Shown: positions 39,573 to 48,811 of the stretch, piece by piece
Position numbering within the stretch: the stretch's first letter is position 1
Layout: each line of letters begins with the position of its first letter
From: Bacteroidota bacterium
Lineage (GTDB): Bacteria > Bacteroidota > Bacteroidia > Bacteroidales > VadinHA17
Assembly (NCBI GenBank): GCA_037127735.1
Contig: JBAXXU010000010.1
Location: 883 to 64,882 of the forward strand
DNA: 64,000 nt
Reading direction: 5' to 3'
The notes under the pieces: generated by a model
The model's input: the letters and a program-made list of their open reading frames with translations, nothing else
Told to the model about the DNA's origin: nothing
Databases searched by the model: none
Translations under genes and position numbers: made by a program

Positions 39573-42560
39573 ATGCGCCCCTTAAGATCATTTTTATTAT
39601 TGTTGATCTTTCTTGCTTGTTTTACCGGTCTCCATTATGTTATTCCGGCTAATCAATTATTCCCGTCAATTTATGAATTTATCCCGTCCGATCTGATCTC
39701 TGGTTCGTTTTCAGACGATAAAACTCTTAGTAAAACAGATACTGAAAAGGTAACGGAACCGCGAAAGATTATTTCTGCCGATTCAATCATTCCTGTTGAT
39801 TCAATTCATGTAAAGTCTGAAAATTTCTTGTCATATCCGTTACAGGGGTTCCTGGATTCACTGAGATATTCAAGAGGACAGCTGCGGATTATGTATTATG
39901 GTGATTCCCAGATTGAAGGCGATCGCATCACTTCCTTCCTTCGTCAATCATTAAGAAAGGGCCATGGGGGCACGGGTCCCGGGCTGTTTCTGCCTCTCAT
40001 GCCGGTAATGTACACTAAATCAGTCTGGCTCCGGTCATCCTCAAACTGGAAAAAATTTAATTATATTTCTTTTAAAGCAAGAGCTGTTTCACACAGGAAT
40101 TTAGGTCCCTTCATGGCAATCTGCCGCTATTTGCCTGATGGTGCAAGAACGAAAGTTCCTGAAAAGGCATTCGTAAGAATAAGACCTTCAAAAGTTGCAG
40201 ATAGTACCTCTTCCGTTTATGATATTTTAAGAGTGTTCTATGGAAATACAGAAGATACTGTAAATATTGTAGTTAAAGCTGATGATAATGAGGTCTTTGC
40301 AGATACCCTGAAGAGGGGTATGGGCTTTAATGAGATCACCTGTCCGTTAAAAGGCGCCAGGGAAATACTTATAGAATTTACAGGAAAGGTGAGCCCTGAT
40401 ATTTACGGTATCAGCATCGAAAGCAAAAGCGGTGTTATTGTTGACAACATCCCTCAACGCGGAAGCGCCGGCCTTGAATTTACAATGGTCGGCATGGATA
40501 ATCTTAAAGAAGCATACAAAAGGCTCTCTCCCAGCCTGATTATTTTGCAATATGGACTAAACATTGTTAAGAATGTAAGAGGAGATTATTCTTACTATCA
40601 GAAAGGATTGGGCAGACAGCTTTCACTCATTAAGGAGATTTCACCCTTAACCCCGATATTGGTAATAAGCGTTACAGATATGGCTGTAAATAAGGGAGAT
40701 AGTATAAAATCGTATAAAAATATTCCCGCGATAATTGAAGCTCAGAAACGAGCCACACTGGAGGCTGGTGTAACTTTCTGGGATTCATACAGAGCTATGG
40801 GCGGGGAATCATCAATTATTAAATGGGTGCGAAAAAAGCCTCCCCTTGCCCAGAAAGACTATGTTCACTTTACATATACGGGAGCAGACACACTTTCGAA
40901 GAAACTTGCAGATGCACTGTTTCCTATCAGGAAAATTGACACTATCGGACTTAAATATATTAGTATCCGGGCAGATACGATTTACACGACTAAATCCTTG
41001 TCTGTTGCAGAATCACTAACTGATGGGGAAGAAAATAGTATTTTCAGGTCTGTCATATCATCATTATTCAGATATAATCCCGATGAGCCATTAATTTTCT
41101 CAATCCCGGCTTTCTGGCTCTTCTTCCTGGTGGTGCTTGCCGGGTATAGTCTGGTCTATAAGAAGTCGGTTTTAAGGAATTCATATCTATTCCTTGTAAG
41201 TCTTTTCTTCTATTATAAATCCGGGGGGCTGTTCCTGTTTCTCCTGATCTTTGTAACGCTTATTGATTTTACCTGTGGACTATTGATCCATCATTCCAGG
41301 ACAAAATTCATGAGACGCCTTTTTATCCTTTTTAGTATTATTTCCAACATAGGAATACTTGCTTATTTCAAATATACCGGATTTTTTGTAGATACGATAA
41401 ACCATTTGCTGGGAACTGATTACCGGGTTCATGATTTCCTTGCCGCATTTTCAAATTCAAATCTTGGTACTTCCTTTAATATCAGTAATATAATTCTTCC
41501 TGTCGGCATTTCTTTCTTTACTTTTCAATCGCTTAGCTATACAATTGATGTTTACAGGAAGAAGCTGGCACCGGTAAGGAATATTATTGATTTTGGTTTT
41601 TATGTCTCGTTTTTTCCCCAGCTTGTTGCCGGTCCCATAGTCAGGGCCTCAGAATTTATTCCGCAGTTATATAAGGAATTTCATCTTTCAAAGAGGGAAT
41701 TTAGTTACGCCTTGTTCCTGATTTCAAAAGGGCTCATTAAAAAGATAATTATTTCCGATTTTATTGCCATAAACTTTGTTGACAGAGTGTTTGATGCTCC
41801 TTCTATCTATTCGGGTTTCGAAAACCTGATGGCGATTTATGGATACGGTTTGCAGATTTACTGTGATTTTTCAGGTTATACAGATATTGCTATCGGGTTA
41901 GCGCTGATCCTTGGATTCAGATTACCCGTCAATTTTAATTCACCGTACAAGGCTGCAGGCATTGCCGACTTCTGGAAAAGATGGCATATTTCTCTCTCTC
42001 GTTGGTTAAAGGACTATCTCTATATTCCTTTAGGCGGGAACAGGAAAGGTAAAATACGTACAAATATAAACCTGATAATCACGATGTTACTTGGGGGATT
42101 ATGGCATGGCGCGGCCCTTCGGTTTGTGATATGGGGGGCGTTGCATGGCATTGGGCTTGTGATCAACAGTATCTGGAATTCAATTTTTGGCGACCGGCTT
42201 AAAAAGGGTCTTATTGGCAGGGCAATAGCCGTTTTCATAACATTCCAGTTTGTGAGCTTTTGCTGGATCTTTTTCAGAGCTCCCGACATGGATAGCGTGA
42301 ACATAATGGTTAAACAGATTTTTAATAATTTTTCACCAGGATCGTATATGACAGTTCTCCTGGTATATAGCAATATATTTTTATTAATGGCAGTAGGGTA
42401 TATAATTCATTTCCTTCCGGAAAGGGTCAAAGAATCATACAGGGGACTGTTCATTAGAATTCCGCTTATGGTTCAACTTATAGTTATTATGCTGGTTGCC
42501 GTTCTCTTATTTCAGATGAGGAGCGCCGAAGTAATGCCGTTTATTTATTTCAGGTTTTGA
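39573..42560 (+). CDS. fusion protein: N-terminal SGNH/GDSL-type esterase-like domain plus C-terminal MBOAT O-acyltransferase (AlgI/PatA/DltB-like)
   Basis: 995 aa in one uninterrupted frame. N-terminal TM segment, then SGNH blocks YYGDSQIEGD, QRGSAG, LQYGLN and DYVHFT. From about aa 510 it is a polytopic MBOAT with WKRWHISLSRWLKDYLYIPLGGNR and LLGGLWHGA. Confidence 0.8.
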   Translation: MRPLRSFLLLLIFLACFTGLHYVIPANQLFPSIYEFIPSDLISGSFSDDKTLSKTDTEKVTEPRKIISADSIIPVDSIHVKSENFLSYPLQGFLDSLRYSRGQLRIMYYGDSQIEGDRITSFLRQSLRKGHGGTGPGLFLPLMPVMYTKSVWLRSSSNWKKFNYISFKARAVSHRNLGPFMAICRYLPDGARTKVPEKAFVRIRPSKVADSTSSVYDILRVFYGNTEDTVNIVVKADDNEVFADTLKRGMGFNEITCPLKGAREILIEFTGKVSPDIYGISIESKSGVIVDNIPQRGSAGLEFTMVGMDNLKEAYKRLSPSLIILQYGLNIVKNVRGDYSYYQKGLGRQLSLIKEISPLTPILVISVTDMAVNKGDSIKSYKNIPAIIEAQKRATLEAGVTFWDSYRAMGGESSIIKWVRKKPPLAQKDYVHFTYTGADTLSKKLADALFPIRKIDTIGLKYISIRADTIYTTKSLSVAESLTDGEENSIFRSVISSLFRYNPDEPLIFSIPAFWLFFLVVLAGYSLVYKKSVLRNSYLFLVSLFFYYKSGGLFLFLLIFVTLIDFTCGLLIHHSRTKFMRRLFILFSIISNIGILAYFKYTGFFVDTINHLLGTDYRVHDFLAAFSNSNLGTSFNISNIILPVGISFFTFQSLSYTIDVYRKKLAPVRNIIDFGFYVSFFPQLVAGPIVRASEFIPQLYKEFHLSKREFSYALFLISKGLIKKIIISDFIAINFVDRVFDAPSIYSGFENLMAIYGYGLQIYCDFSGYTDIAIGLALILGFRLPVNFNSPYKAAGIADFWKRWHISLSRWLKDYLYIPLGGNRKGKIRTNINLIITMLLGGLWHGAALRFVIWGALHGIGLVINSIWNSIFGDRLKKGLIGRAIAVFITFQFVSFCWIFFRAPDMDSVNIMVKQIFNNFSPGSYMTVLLVYSNIFLLMAVGYIIHFLPERVKESYRGLFIRIPLMVQLIVIMLVAVLLFQMRSAEVMPFIYFRF

Positions 42561-42593
42561 GGATGTTACCGGGCGCCGGGTACTCCTTACGGG

Positions 42594-43823
42594 TTATAGA
42601 TAAATATTTTGATTTTTGTTTTTTGAAACAAATGGTGCCACAGCCCTGTTATAAATACCTTGTGTATATGCAATTGCCATACCATAGTTGGTTACCGGAA
42701 CTCCCGCTTTTATTGCCGGATGGAGCCTGTTATGAAGTTGTTTTCTTGTAATCATGCAACCGCCGCATTGAATAACAAGTGAATAGTCTGTAACAGGACG
42801 AGGTAATTGATCAAGTCCTGCAACTACATCATAATCAATTTTCTTACCGGTAAAATTTGTTATCCATCTTGGGATTTTTGTTCTGCCTATATCATCACAT
42901 GAAACATGATGGGTGCATGATTCAAGAAGCAGTACTCTGTCGCCGTCTTTTAATTCCGATATTTTTGGTGTCCCTTTCAGATAGCTGTCAAAATCACCTT
43001 TAAAACGGGCAAGCATTATGCTGAAGCTTGTAAGTGGAATATCGCCGGGAATAGAGGCATCGGCTTTTACAAATACCTGAGAATCAGTAATTGCAAGAGC
43101 TGGTTTTATTTTCGTTTTTCTCAGGAATGCATCAACTTCCCTTTCTTTTAAAACAATAGCAACAGCTTCATTATCAAGAATATCTCTGATAGCTTGTACC
43201 TGTGGCAGGATAAGCCTTCCTGCCGGGGCTTCAATATCAATTGGTGTTATAAGAATAACAATATCTCCGTAACTGATTAGGTCGCCAAGAAGTGAAGGTG
43301 TCTTCCAGGAACGTTCCGGGATAATGTCCCTGATAAGCATTATGAGATTTTCATAATTACGTTTATCTATTGACGAAAACTCGAAAAGCATGGTTCCAGT
43401 TAAGGTGGAAATATCTTTTTTGAAGTTCTCAGACGGCTCTTCAACATCTGATTTACTGTGTATTACAATAAACGGTAGATCCTGAGCATGAAATTTTTCA
43501 ATAAGTTCATCTTCATATTTCCCCCAGGAATTATTAGTTACAACCAGAAGTGCAAGATCAATTATGTCAAGCGTCCTGATTGTACGGTCCACTCTCTTCT
43601 GTCCGAGATCACCCGAATCGTCAATTCCCGCCGTATCAATAAGTATTACAGGACCGAAACCTGTTATCTCAAATGATTTTTTTACCGGATCGGTTGTTGT
43701 TCCTGCATGATCTGAAACTATTGCAATATCCTGTCCGGCAAGACAGTTAATAAGGCTGCTTTTCCCATTATTTTGCCGTCCGTAAATACCAACATGTGGT
43801 TTCGACTCTCTTCCTTTTGACAT
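42594..43823 (-). CDS. hydF: [FeFe]-hydrogenase H-cluster maturation GTPase HydF
   Basis: 409 aa with the GTPase P-loop GRQNNGKSSLIN and the C-terminal cluster-binding pattern CTHH ... CGGC. Confidence 0.85.
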   Translation of the reverse strand: MSKGRESKPHVGIYGRQNNGKSSLINCLAGQDIAIVSDHAGTTTDPVKKSFEITGFGPVILIDTAGIDDSGDLGQKRVDRTIRTLDIIDLALLVVTNNSWGKYEDELIEKFHAQDLPFIVIHSKSDVEEPSENFKKDISTLTGTMLFEFSSIDKRNYENLIMLIRDIIPERSWKTPSLLGDLISYGDIVILITPIDIEAPAGRLILPQVQAIRDILDNEAVAIVLKEREVDAFLRKTKIKPALAITDSQVFVKADASIPGDIPLTSFSIMLARFKGDFDSYLKGTPKISELKDGDRVLLLESCTHHVSCDDIGRTKIPRWITNFTGKKIDYDVVAGLDQLPRPVTDYSLVIQCGGCMITRKQLHNRLHPAIKAGVPVTNYGMAIAYTQGIYNRAVAPFVSKNKNQNIYL

Positions 43824-43979
43824 TAAATAGAGAAATTTTGTTCAAAATCAGAAACTTTTCTTAAACAATTTCTGATATGCATTTTAACTCCTTATCACCG
43901 CGAGGCCGCAGAAGAATCCCAATAGTCAGATTGATCTGATGAAAGCCGCCTTTCATGCTGCAAGACAGGTTTTTTTGTT

Positions 43980-44312
43980 TTAAAGTTTAACCTCTCTTGA
44001 AGCCTTAATTTTAGAAATACTCCTGTGTGAATGTACAATACGTAATACCTGAATTTCTGTAGCAGTTATGCGGTATATGATAAGATGCGAATCCAAAATA
44101 ATCCAACGGTACATTCTTGATTTTGTAGGCAAATGGCGACATTCCGGGTATATGTCGTAAATAGCATATAGATTATCAACCAACCTATAGATATTATCCA
44201 AATAATTTTCAGCATGTATTTTACCAAATGTTTCTATGCTATACTTGTAAACATCAATAACATCCTGTTTAAATTGAATTGAATATATTACAGGTTTTGG
44301 CTCTTTTTCCAT
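43980..44312 (-). CDS. parE: RelE/ParE-family type II toxin
   Basis: 110 aa with ParE-like blocks (IYRITATEIQVLRIVHSHR). Its start overlaps the small upstream ORF. Confidence 0.8.
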   Translation of the reverse strand: MEKEPKPVIYSIQFKQDVIDVYKYSIETFGKIHAENYLDNIYRLVDNLYAIYDIYPECRHLPTKSRMYRWIILDSHLIIYRITATEIQVLRIVHSHRSISKIKASREVKL

Positions 44313-44458
44313 TCCTCAACACTTTTTTTCAGTTCATTCAGTGATATAAATGGGCCTTTTTCAGCTTCTTTAATACCGTCTTTAAACTTATTGATGCTTA
44401 TTTGATCTCCAGGCAGCGCCCAACTCTTTTCTTTTAGTTTTGATGTTTTTGTTTTCAT
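44288..44458 (-). CDS. putative antitoxin partner of ParE (56 aa, below the ORF-track size cutoff)
   Basis: My own translation gives MKTKTSKLKEKSWALPGDQISINKFKDGIKEAEKGPFISLNELKKSVEEWKKSQNL. It overlaps the toxin ATG by 25 nt, and a TAnnTTTG box lies upstream. Confidence 0.5.
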   Translation of the reverse strand: MKTKTSKLKEKSWALPGDQISINKFKDGIKEAEKGPFISLNELKKSVEEWKKSQNL

Positions 44459-44501
44459 GGCCAGAATTATTTGTTATGGTACACAAGTTTACCTTGTTTT
44501 G

Positions 44502-44509
44502 CAAAGATA
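44502..44509 (-). promoter_or_regulatory. candidate -7 promoter box (TAnnTTTG) for the ParE toxin-antitoxin pair
   Basis: Minus-strand tatctttg, about 44 nt upstream of the antitoxin ATG. Confidence 0.35.
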
Positions 44510-44527
44510 AGCTTCTCGAACCTATTA

Positions 44528-45973
44528 TCAAAAATCTATAAGATCATCAAGAGAAAAGCCTAGTTTAAGCAAATTGCCGGGTTGAAGAATGGTTTTGAGT
44601 TTTGTATCACCAATGACTTTCATTATGCTATTGGCTTCGAATATATTAATCTTCTTTTCTTTCATAAGTAAAGCTATTTCAGCTGCTTTATGATAACCGA
44701 TGTATGGAATCAGGGCAGTTGTGATAGTAGGGCTGTAAATAAGCGCTTTATACCCGGAAGCTTCATTGATCATCAGGCCTGCGAAGAGATTATGCAGCAA
44801 AGTGACATTACATGATATCAGAAGGTTTATACTTTCAATAACAGCGTATCCAATAACCGGAAGATATGCATTCAGTTCAAGAGTACCCTGTCCGCTGAGT
44901 GAACTTATAAGAACATCATTGGAATAAATTTTATGAGCTGCTGAAATAACAAATTCAGGTATTACAGGGTTTACCTTCCCTGGCATAATTGAACTTCCAA
45001 CCTGACGCTCAGGAATTGAAATGGTTTTAATACAGGCAATGTCGGAAGAGAGAAGACGGAGGTCAGAAGACATCTTCTCAAGGTTTACAGCATGTGCCTT
45101 CAGTGTGGCATGTATTTCGACCCATTTATCAAGGTTTGATGTAGCATCAGAAAGATTTTCGCTGTGCGCAAGAGGTAGCCCTGTAAGCTTCCTTAGTTCA
45201 GGAACAACCTCCATAATGAAAAACCTTGGTATTGACAATCCTGTACCAATGGCTCCTCCACCAAGATTGACCTGCTTAATTCTTTCAGAGCATTTCGATA
45301 CTCTCCACCAGTCGCGTGAGAGCGCTTCATTATAAGTGCTGAACAATAATCCGAAAGAAGAGGGAACAGCTTCCTGCATCTGAGTATATCCGGGACGAAG
45401 CTTCTCCCTGTTTTCCCTTTCGAACTCTTCTACTTTTTGCCGTAACATGTTGATCTGTTCTTCAAGCGATTGTAGCAGTTTCATAACAGCAACTGTAAGA
45501 GCTGTTGGAACTACATCGTTGGTTGACTGATAAATATTCGCGTGTTCCAATGGATCGATAAAACTGTATTCACCGCAATTATGTCCGGTATTGAGAAGTG
45601 CTGAATTTGAGATGATCTCATTGATATTCATATTTATGCTGGTACCGGCGCCACCCTGGATGGCGGGAACTATGAATTGATCAAAATGGTTACCTGCAGA
45701 AACTTCTTTTGATGCTTTAATCAGAGCAACAAGAATATCATCTTTAATAATTTTAACAGGAAGATCATCTCCGAATTTTTCTATTGCAGCATAGCGGAAT
45801 CTCAGGTAAGTATTATAACACGCAAGTTTGGTTATGCCAACAGCCTGATACCATTCAATCGGGAATTGACTATTTCCCGGGAAATTTTCTTTTGCCCTCA
45901 CTGCATGAATTCCGTAAAAAGCATCTGAGGGAATCTGTTTTTCACCAAGGTTATCTTTTTCTATCCGGTACAT
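44528..45973 (-). CDS. aspA: aspartate ammonia-lyase
   Basis: 481 aa with N-terminal YRIEKDNLGEKQIPSDAFYGIHAVRAKENF and the lyase signature GSSIMPGKVNP. Confidence 0.9.
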   Translation of the reverse strand: MYRIEKDNLGEKQIPSDAFYGIHAVRAKENFPGNSQFPIEWYQAVGITKLACYNTYLRFRYAAIEKFGDDLPVKIIKDDILVALIKASKEVSAGNHFDQFIVPAIQGGAGTSINMNINEIISNSALLNTGHNCGEYSFIDPLEHANIYQSTNDVVPTALTVAVMKLLQSLEEQINMLRQKVEEFERENREKLRPGYTQMQEAVPSSFGLLFSTYNEALSRDWWRVSKCSERIKQVNLGGGAIGTGLSIPRFFIMEVVPELRKLTGLPLAHSENLSDATSNLDKWVEIHATLKAHAVNLEKMSSDLRLLSSDIACIKTISIPERQVGSSIMPGKVNPVIPEFVISAAHKIYSNDVLISSLSGQGTLELNAYLPVIGYAVIESINLLISCNVTLLHNLFAGLMINEASGYKALIYSPTITTALIPYIGYHKAAEIALLMKEKKINIFEANSIMKVIGDTKLKTILQPGNLLKLGFSLDDLIDF

Positions 45974-46021
45974 AATTACTTACTTTTCTTACCCTATTTT
46001 GCCACATGTTCCGTTTTTTTA

Positions 46022-46088
46022 CCCCCCAACCCCCCAAATTGGGGGGCTAACTAAAGGAGTGGGATTTCAAAGCCCCCCATTTGGGGGG
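46022..46088. repeat. pair of C6/G6 hairpins
   Basis: CCCCCC-aaatt-GGGGGG (46030-46046), CCCCCC-attt-GGGGGG (46073-46088), plus an extra C6 run at 46022-46027. Confidence 0.8.
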
Positions 46089-46119
46089 TGGAGGGGTAAA
46101 AAAGCTGATATTAAGAGAT

Positions 46120-47295
46120 TTATATATTTGTTCCGGAAACCGGCAGGGCGTAGGCCAGAACATCATTCCCGGTAATTTCATTCGGACAGAGTATAATAAG
46201 CCTTTCTATGACATTTCTGAACTCTCTGATATTTCCGGTCCATTGGATTTTCCGGAGTTCTTTAATTGCATCCTCATTGATCATTTTCCTGCTCATCCCG
46301 TATTCGTTGCAGATCAATGTATTAAAGTATTCTGCAAGAAGAGGAATATCATCCTCTCTTTCATTAAGTGTAGGAACATGAATCAGAATGACACTGAGCC
46401 TGTGATACAGATCCTCACGGAATCCGTTATGCTCAATCTCTTTTTTGATATTCTTATTTGTAGCGGTTATTACTCTTACATTGACGTGGATATCCTTTTC
46501 AGAACCAACTCTCGTGATCTTGTTTTCCTGTAGAGCTCTTAATACTTTTGCTTGTGCCGAGAGGCTCATGTCGCCTATCTCATCGAGGAAAAGGGTTCCC
46601 CCGTTAGCCTGTTCAAACTTACCTATTCTCTGTTTAATGGCTGAGGTGAATGAGCCTTTCTCGTGACCAAAAAGCTCACTTTCAATAAGTTCTGAGGGGA
46701 TAGCCGCGCAATTGACTTCAACAAACGGACCTTTCGCCCTGTTGCTTTTTTCATGAATCTGGCGAGCCACCAGCTCTTTCCCTGTCCCGTTAGATCCGGT
46801 AATCAGTACTCGTGCCTCAGTAGGAGCCACCCTGTCGATCATAGTTTTAACCTGGACAATAGGGTCAGACTCACCAACAATCTCATACAATTTGCTGACC
46901 TTGTTTTTTAGTACTTGTGTCTGGGTGATAAGGGTTGACTTATCTATTGCATTACGAATTGTAATCAGGAGCCTGTTAAGGTCAAGGGGTTTTTCAAGGA
47001 AATCGTATGCCCCTTTTTTTATAGCTTCCACTGCAGTGTCGATGTTGCCATGGCCGGAGATCATTACAACAGGAATATCGGTTGATAGCTTAGAAATTTT
47101 ACATAGAACCTCAATGCCATCCATCTTAGCCATTTTGATATCGCAAAGGACAATATCGTATGAATTTGCAGAATACATTTCAAGACCTGTTGGTCCGTCT
47201 TCGGCAAGATCAACTTCGTACTTCTCATACTCAAGAACCTCCTTCAAAGTGTTCCGGATAGCCCTTTCATCATCAATGACCAGTATTTTCGACAT
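46120..47295 (-). CDS. sigma-54-dependent response regulator (REC plus AAA+ domains) lacking a C-terminal HTH domain
   Basis: 391 aa with a receiver domain (DIVLCDIKMAKMDG), Walker A GSNGTGKE, and ESELFGHEKGSFTSA. The protein ends about 25 aa after the AAA+ module. Confidence 0.9.
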   Translation of the reverse strand: MSKILVIDDERAIRNTLKEVLEYEKYEVDLAEDGPTGLEMYSANSYDIVLCDIKMAKMDGIEVLCKISKLSTDIPVVMISGHGNIDTAVEAIKKGAYDFLEKPLDLNRLLITIRNAIDKSTLITQTQVLKNKVSKLYEIVGESDPIVQVKTMIDRVAPTEARVLITGSNGTGKELVARQIHEKSNRAKGPFVEVNCAAIPSELIESELFGHEKGSFTSAIKQRIGKFEQANGGTLFLDEIGDMSLSAQAKVLRALQENKITRVGSEKDIHVNVRVITATNKNIKKEIEHNGFREDLYHRLSVILIHVPTLNEREDDIPLLAEYFNTLICNEYGMSRKMINEDAIKELRKIQWTGNIREFRNVIERLIILCPNEITGNDVLAYALPVSGTNI

Positions 47296-47353
47296 ATGTT
47301 ATTTATTAAGACCCACCCCTTTCCTTCTGGGAGGGGATCTTACTTATTTAATC

Positions 47354-47423
47354 CGTCATTGCGAGGAGCGTAGTGACGAAGCAATCTTTTACTTTTATCT
47401 TTTTACTTTTATCTTTTGTCTTT
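47354..47423. repeat. short palindromic word (CGTCATTGCGAGGAGCGTAGTGACGAAGCAAT) followed by a T-rich degenerate heptamer array
   Basis: CGTCA/TGACG and ATTGC/GCAAT complementary pairs lie within 47354-47385. Then atctttt actttt atcttttt actttt atctttt gtcttt, which is the reverse complement of the AAAGATA/AAAGACA family. Confidence 0.7.
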
Positions 47424-48780
47424 ACCCACTGTATCTTAGCCACTTCCACATCTCTTTCCATGAGGTTTTCTTTCCATACATAAGAATACCTGTCCGGTAA
47501 ACCTTTGCAGCCATCCATACAAATCCGGCAAAGGTAACCAACATCAATACCATCGAAACAGCTATCTGCCAGTATGGCACTCCAAAAGGAATACGAGCCA
47601 TCATAACTATAGGAGAGGTGAGCGGGATCAGAGAACACCAGAAAGAGAGTGAACTCTCGGGATTTTGCATTGTCCCCATTGCCACCATCAGCCCCATTAT
47701 TATTGGAATGGTTACAGGAAGCATAAATTGCTGCGTCTCGGTTTCGTTATCTACCGCCGATCCGATTGCTGCAAAGACTGATGCATAAAGAAGGTACCCG
47801 GTAATAAAGTAAAAAATAAAACAGATTATTATCAAACCCCATGGTTGATTCATCGCGTTGTCAAACATTTTTGAAAATTCGGCAAGTTCAGGGGACATCG
47901 TTTTAACTTGTGCATTACCGGCTGTCTGTTGATCTCCTGCCATCATATTCTGTGGAATAGATTGGGTGATTTCTGTAGGGCCGGTCTTTTGCAGTACGGT
48001 TGACTTTAGAACGGTTACAGCAGCCATAGTTAAAAATATCCAGATCAGGAATTGCGTGAGACCAACAAGAGCTATACCTATAATTTTCCCCATCATTAAT
48101 TGTATTGGTTTAACTGAAGATATGATAACCTCAACAACCCTGCTTGTCTTTTCTTCAATAACCCCCCTCATAACCTGAGCGCCAAAGATGAAGACCAGCA
48201 TATACATGATAAATGCACTTAAATAGGCAAGCGCCATTGCTATACCTGTACTGGTCCCTGTTTCTGTACCTGACTCATTTATCTTTTTTGTTTGAACAGA
48301 CACGTTTGTCTCAATGTTTTTCATTATCTCATCGAGATTTTCAATTTTGTAAGACAGCAACTTTTGTCTTTCAATCTCCTTTTTAAGGGAGTTTTCAATG
48401 TCTTGAAGAAGTCCTATCGGGGGTTGTTTTTTTGAGATAAGATAAACTGCATTTGGAGTATTTACCAGCTCAGGAGAAATGTAAAGAATTCCATAATAGC
48501 CATCCTTCTCAAATGTTTTTTTCAGATCATCGACTTTAGTATTCTGAAGATATATAAATTCAGCTTCCTTTGTGTTTTTAATAACGTCTTTAAAAAGATC
48601 TGAATTATCTTCAATTACAGCAATTTTCTTAAAATCTCCACCCTGATTCATCATAAGAACCGGGAGTAATACAAACATACCGGCCATGAGAAGCGGAGCA
48701 AGAATAGTCATAATAATAAATGATTTTTTTCTCACTCTTGTGACATATTCTCTTTTAATAATAACAGATATCTTGTTCAT
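47422..48780 (-). CDS. ABC-2 type transporter permease (NatB-like)
   Basis: 452 aa with an N-terminal TM segment, a large extracytoplasmic loop, and a C-terminal cluster of TM segments. Downstream of the ATPase gene. Confidence 0.75.
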   Translation of the reverse strand: MNKISVIIKREYVTRVRKKSFIIMTILAPLLMAGMFVLLPVLMMNQGGDFKKIAVIEDNSDLFKDVIKNTKEAEFIYLQNTKVDDLKKTFEKDGYYGILYISPELVNTPNAVYLISKKQPPIGLLQDIENSLKKEIERQKLLSYKIENLDEIMKNIETNVSVQTKKINESGTETGTSTGIAMALAYLSAFIMYMLVFIFGAQVMRGVIEEKTSRVVEVIISSVKPIQLMMGKIIGIALVGLTQFLIWIFLTMAAVTVLKSTVLQKTGPTEITQSIPQNMMAGDQQTAGNAQVKTMSPELAEFSKMFDNAMNQPWGLIIICFIFYFITGYLLYASVFAAIGSAVDNETETQQFMLPVTIPIIMGLMVAMGTMQNPESSLSFWCSLIPLTSPIVMMARIPFGVPYWQIAVSMVLMLVTFAGFVWMAAKVYRTGILMYGKKTSWKEMWKWLRYSG

Positions 48781-48811
48781 AATATGAAGTTTACAATGTT
48801 AATTATCAGTT

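Noticed and set aside
47354-47385. The CGTCATTGCGAGG...GACGAAGCAAT word as a functional small gene (minus-strand ...DCFVTTLLAMTD)
   Set aside because: I recall similar short palindromic words producing spurious peptide hits in many genomes. Here it sits in an intergenic repeat context and at the tail of a chance ORF. I record it as a repeat only.
46892-47500. 202-aa plus-strand ORF (and 46081-46533, 150 aa)
   Set aside because: Both are antisense to the sigma-54 regulator gene, which has clear Walker and receiver motifs. Neither has any recognisable domain of its own.
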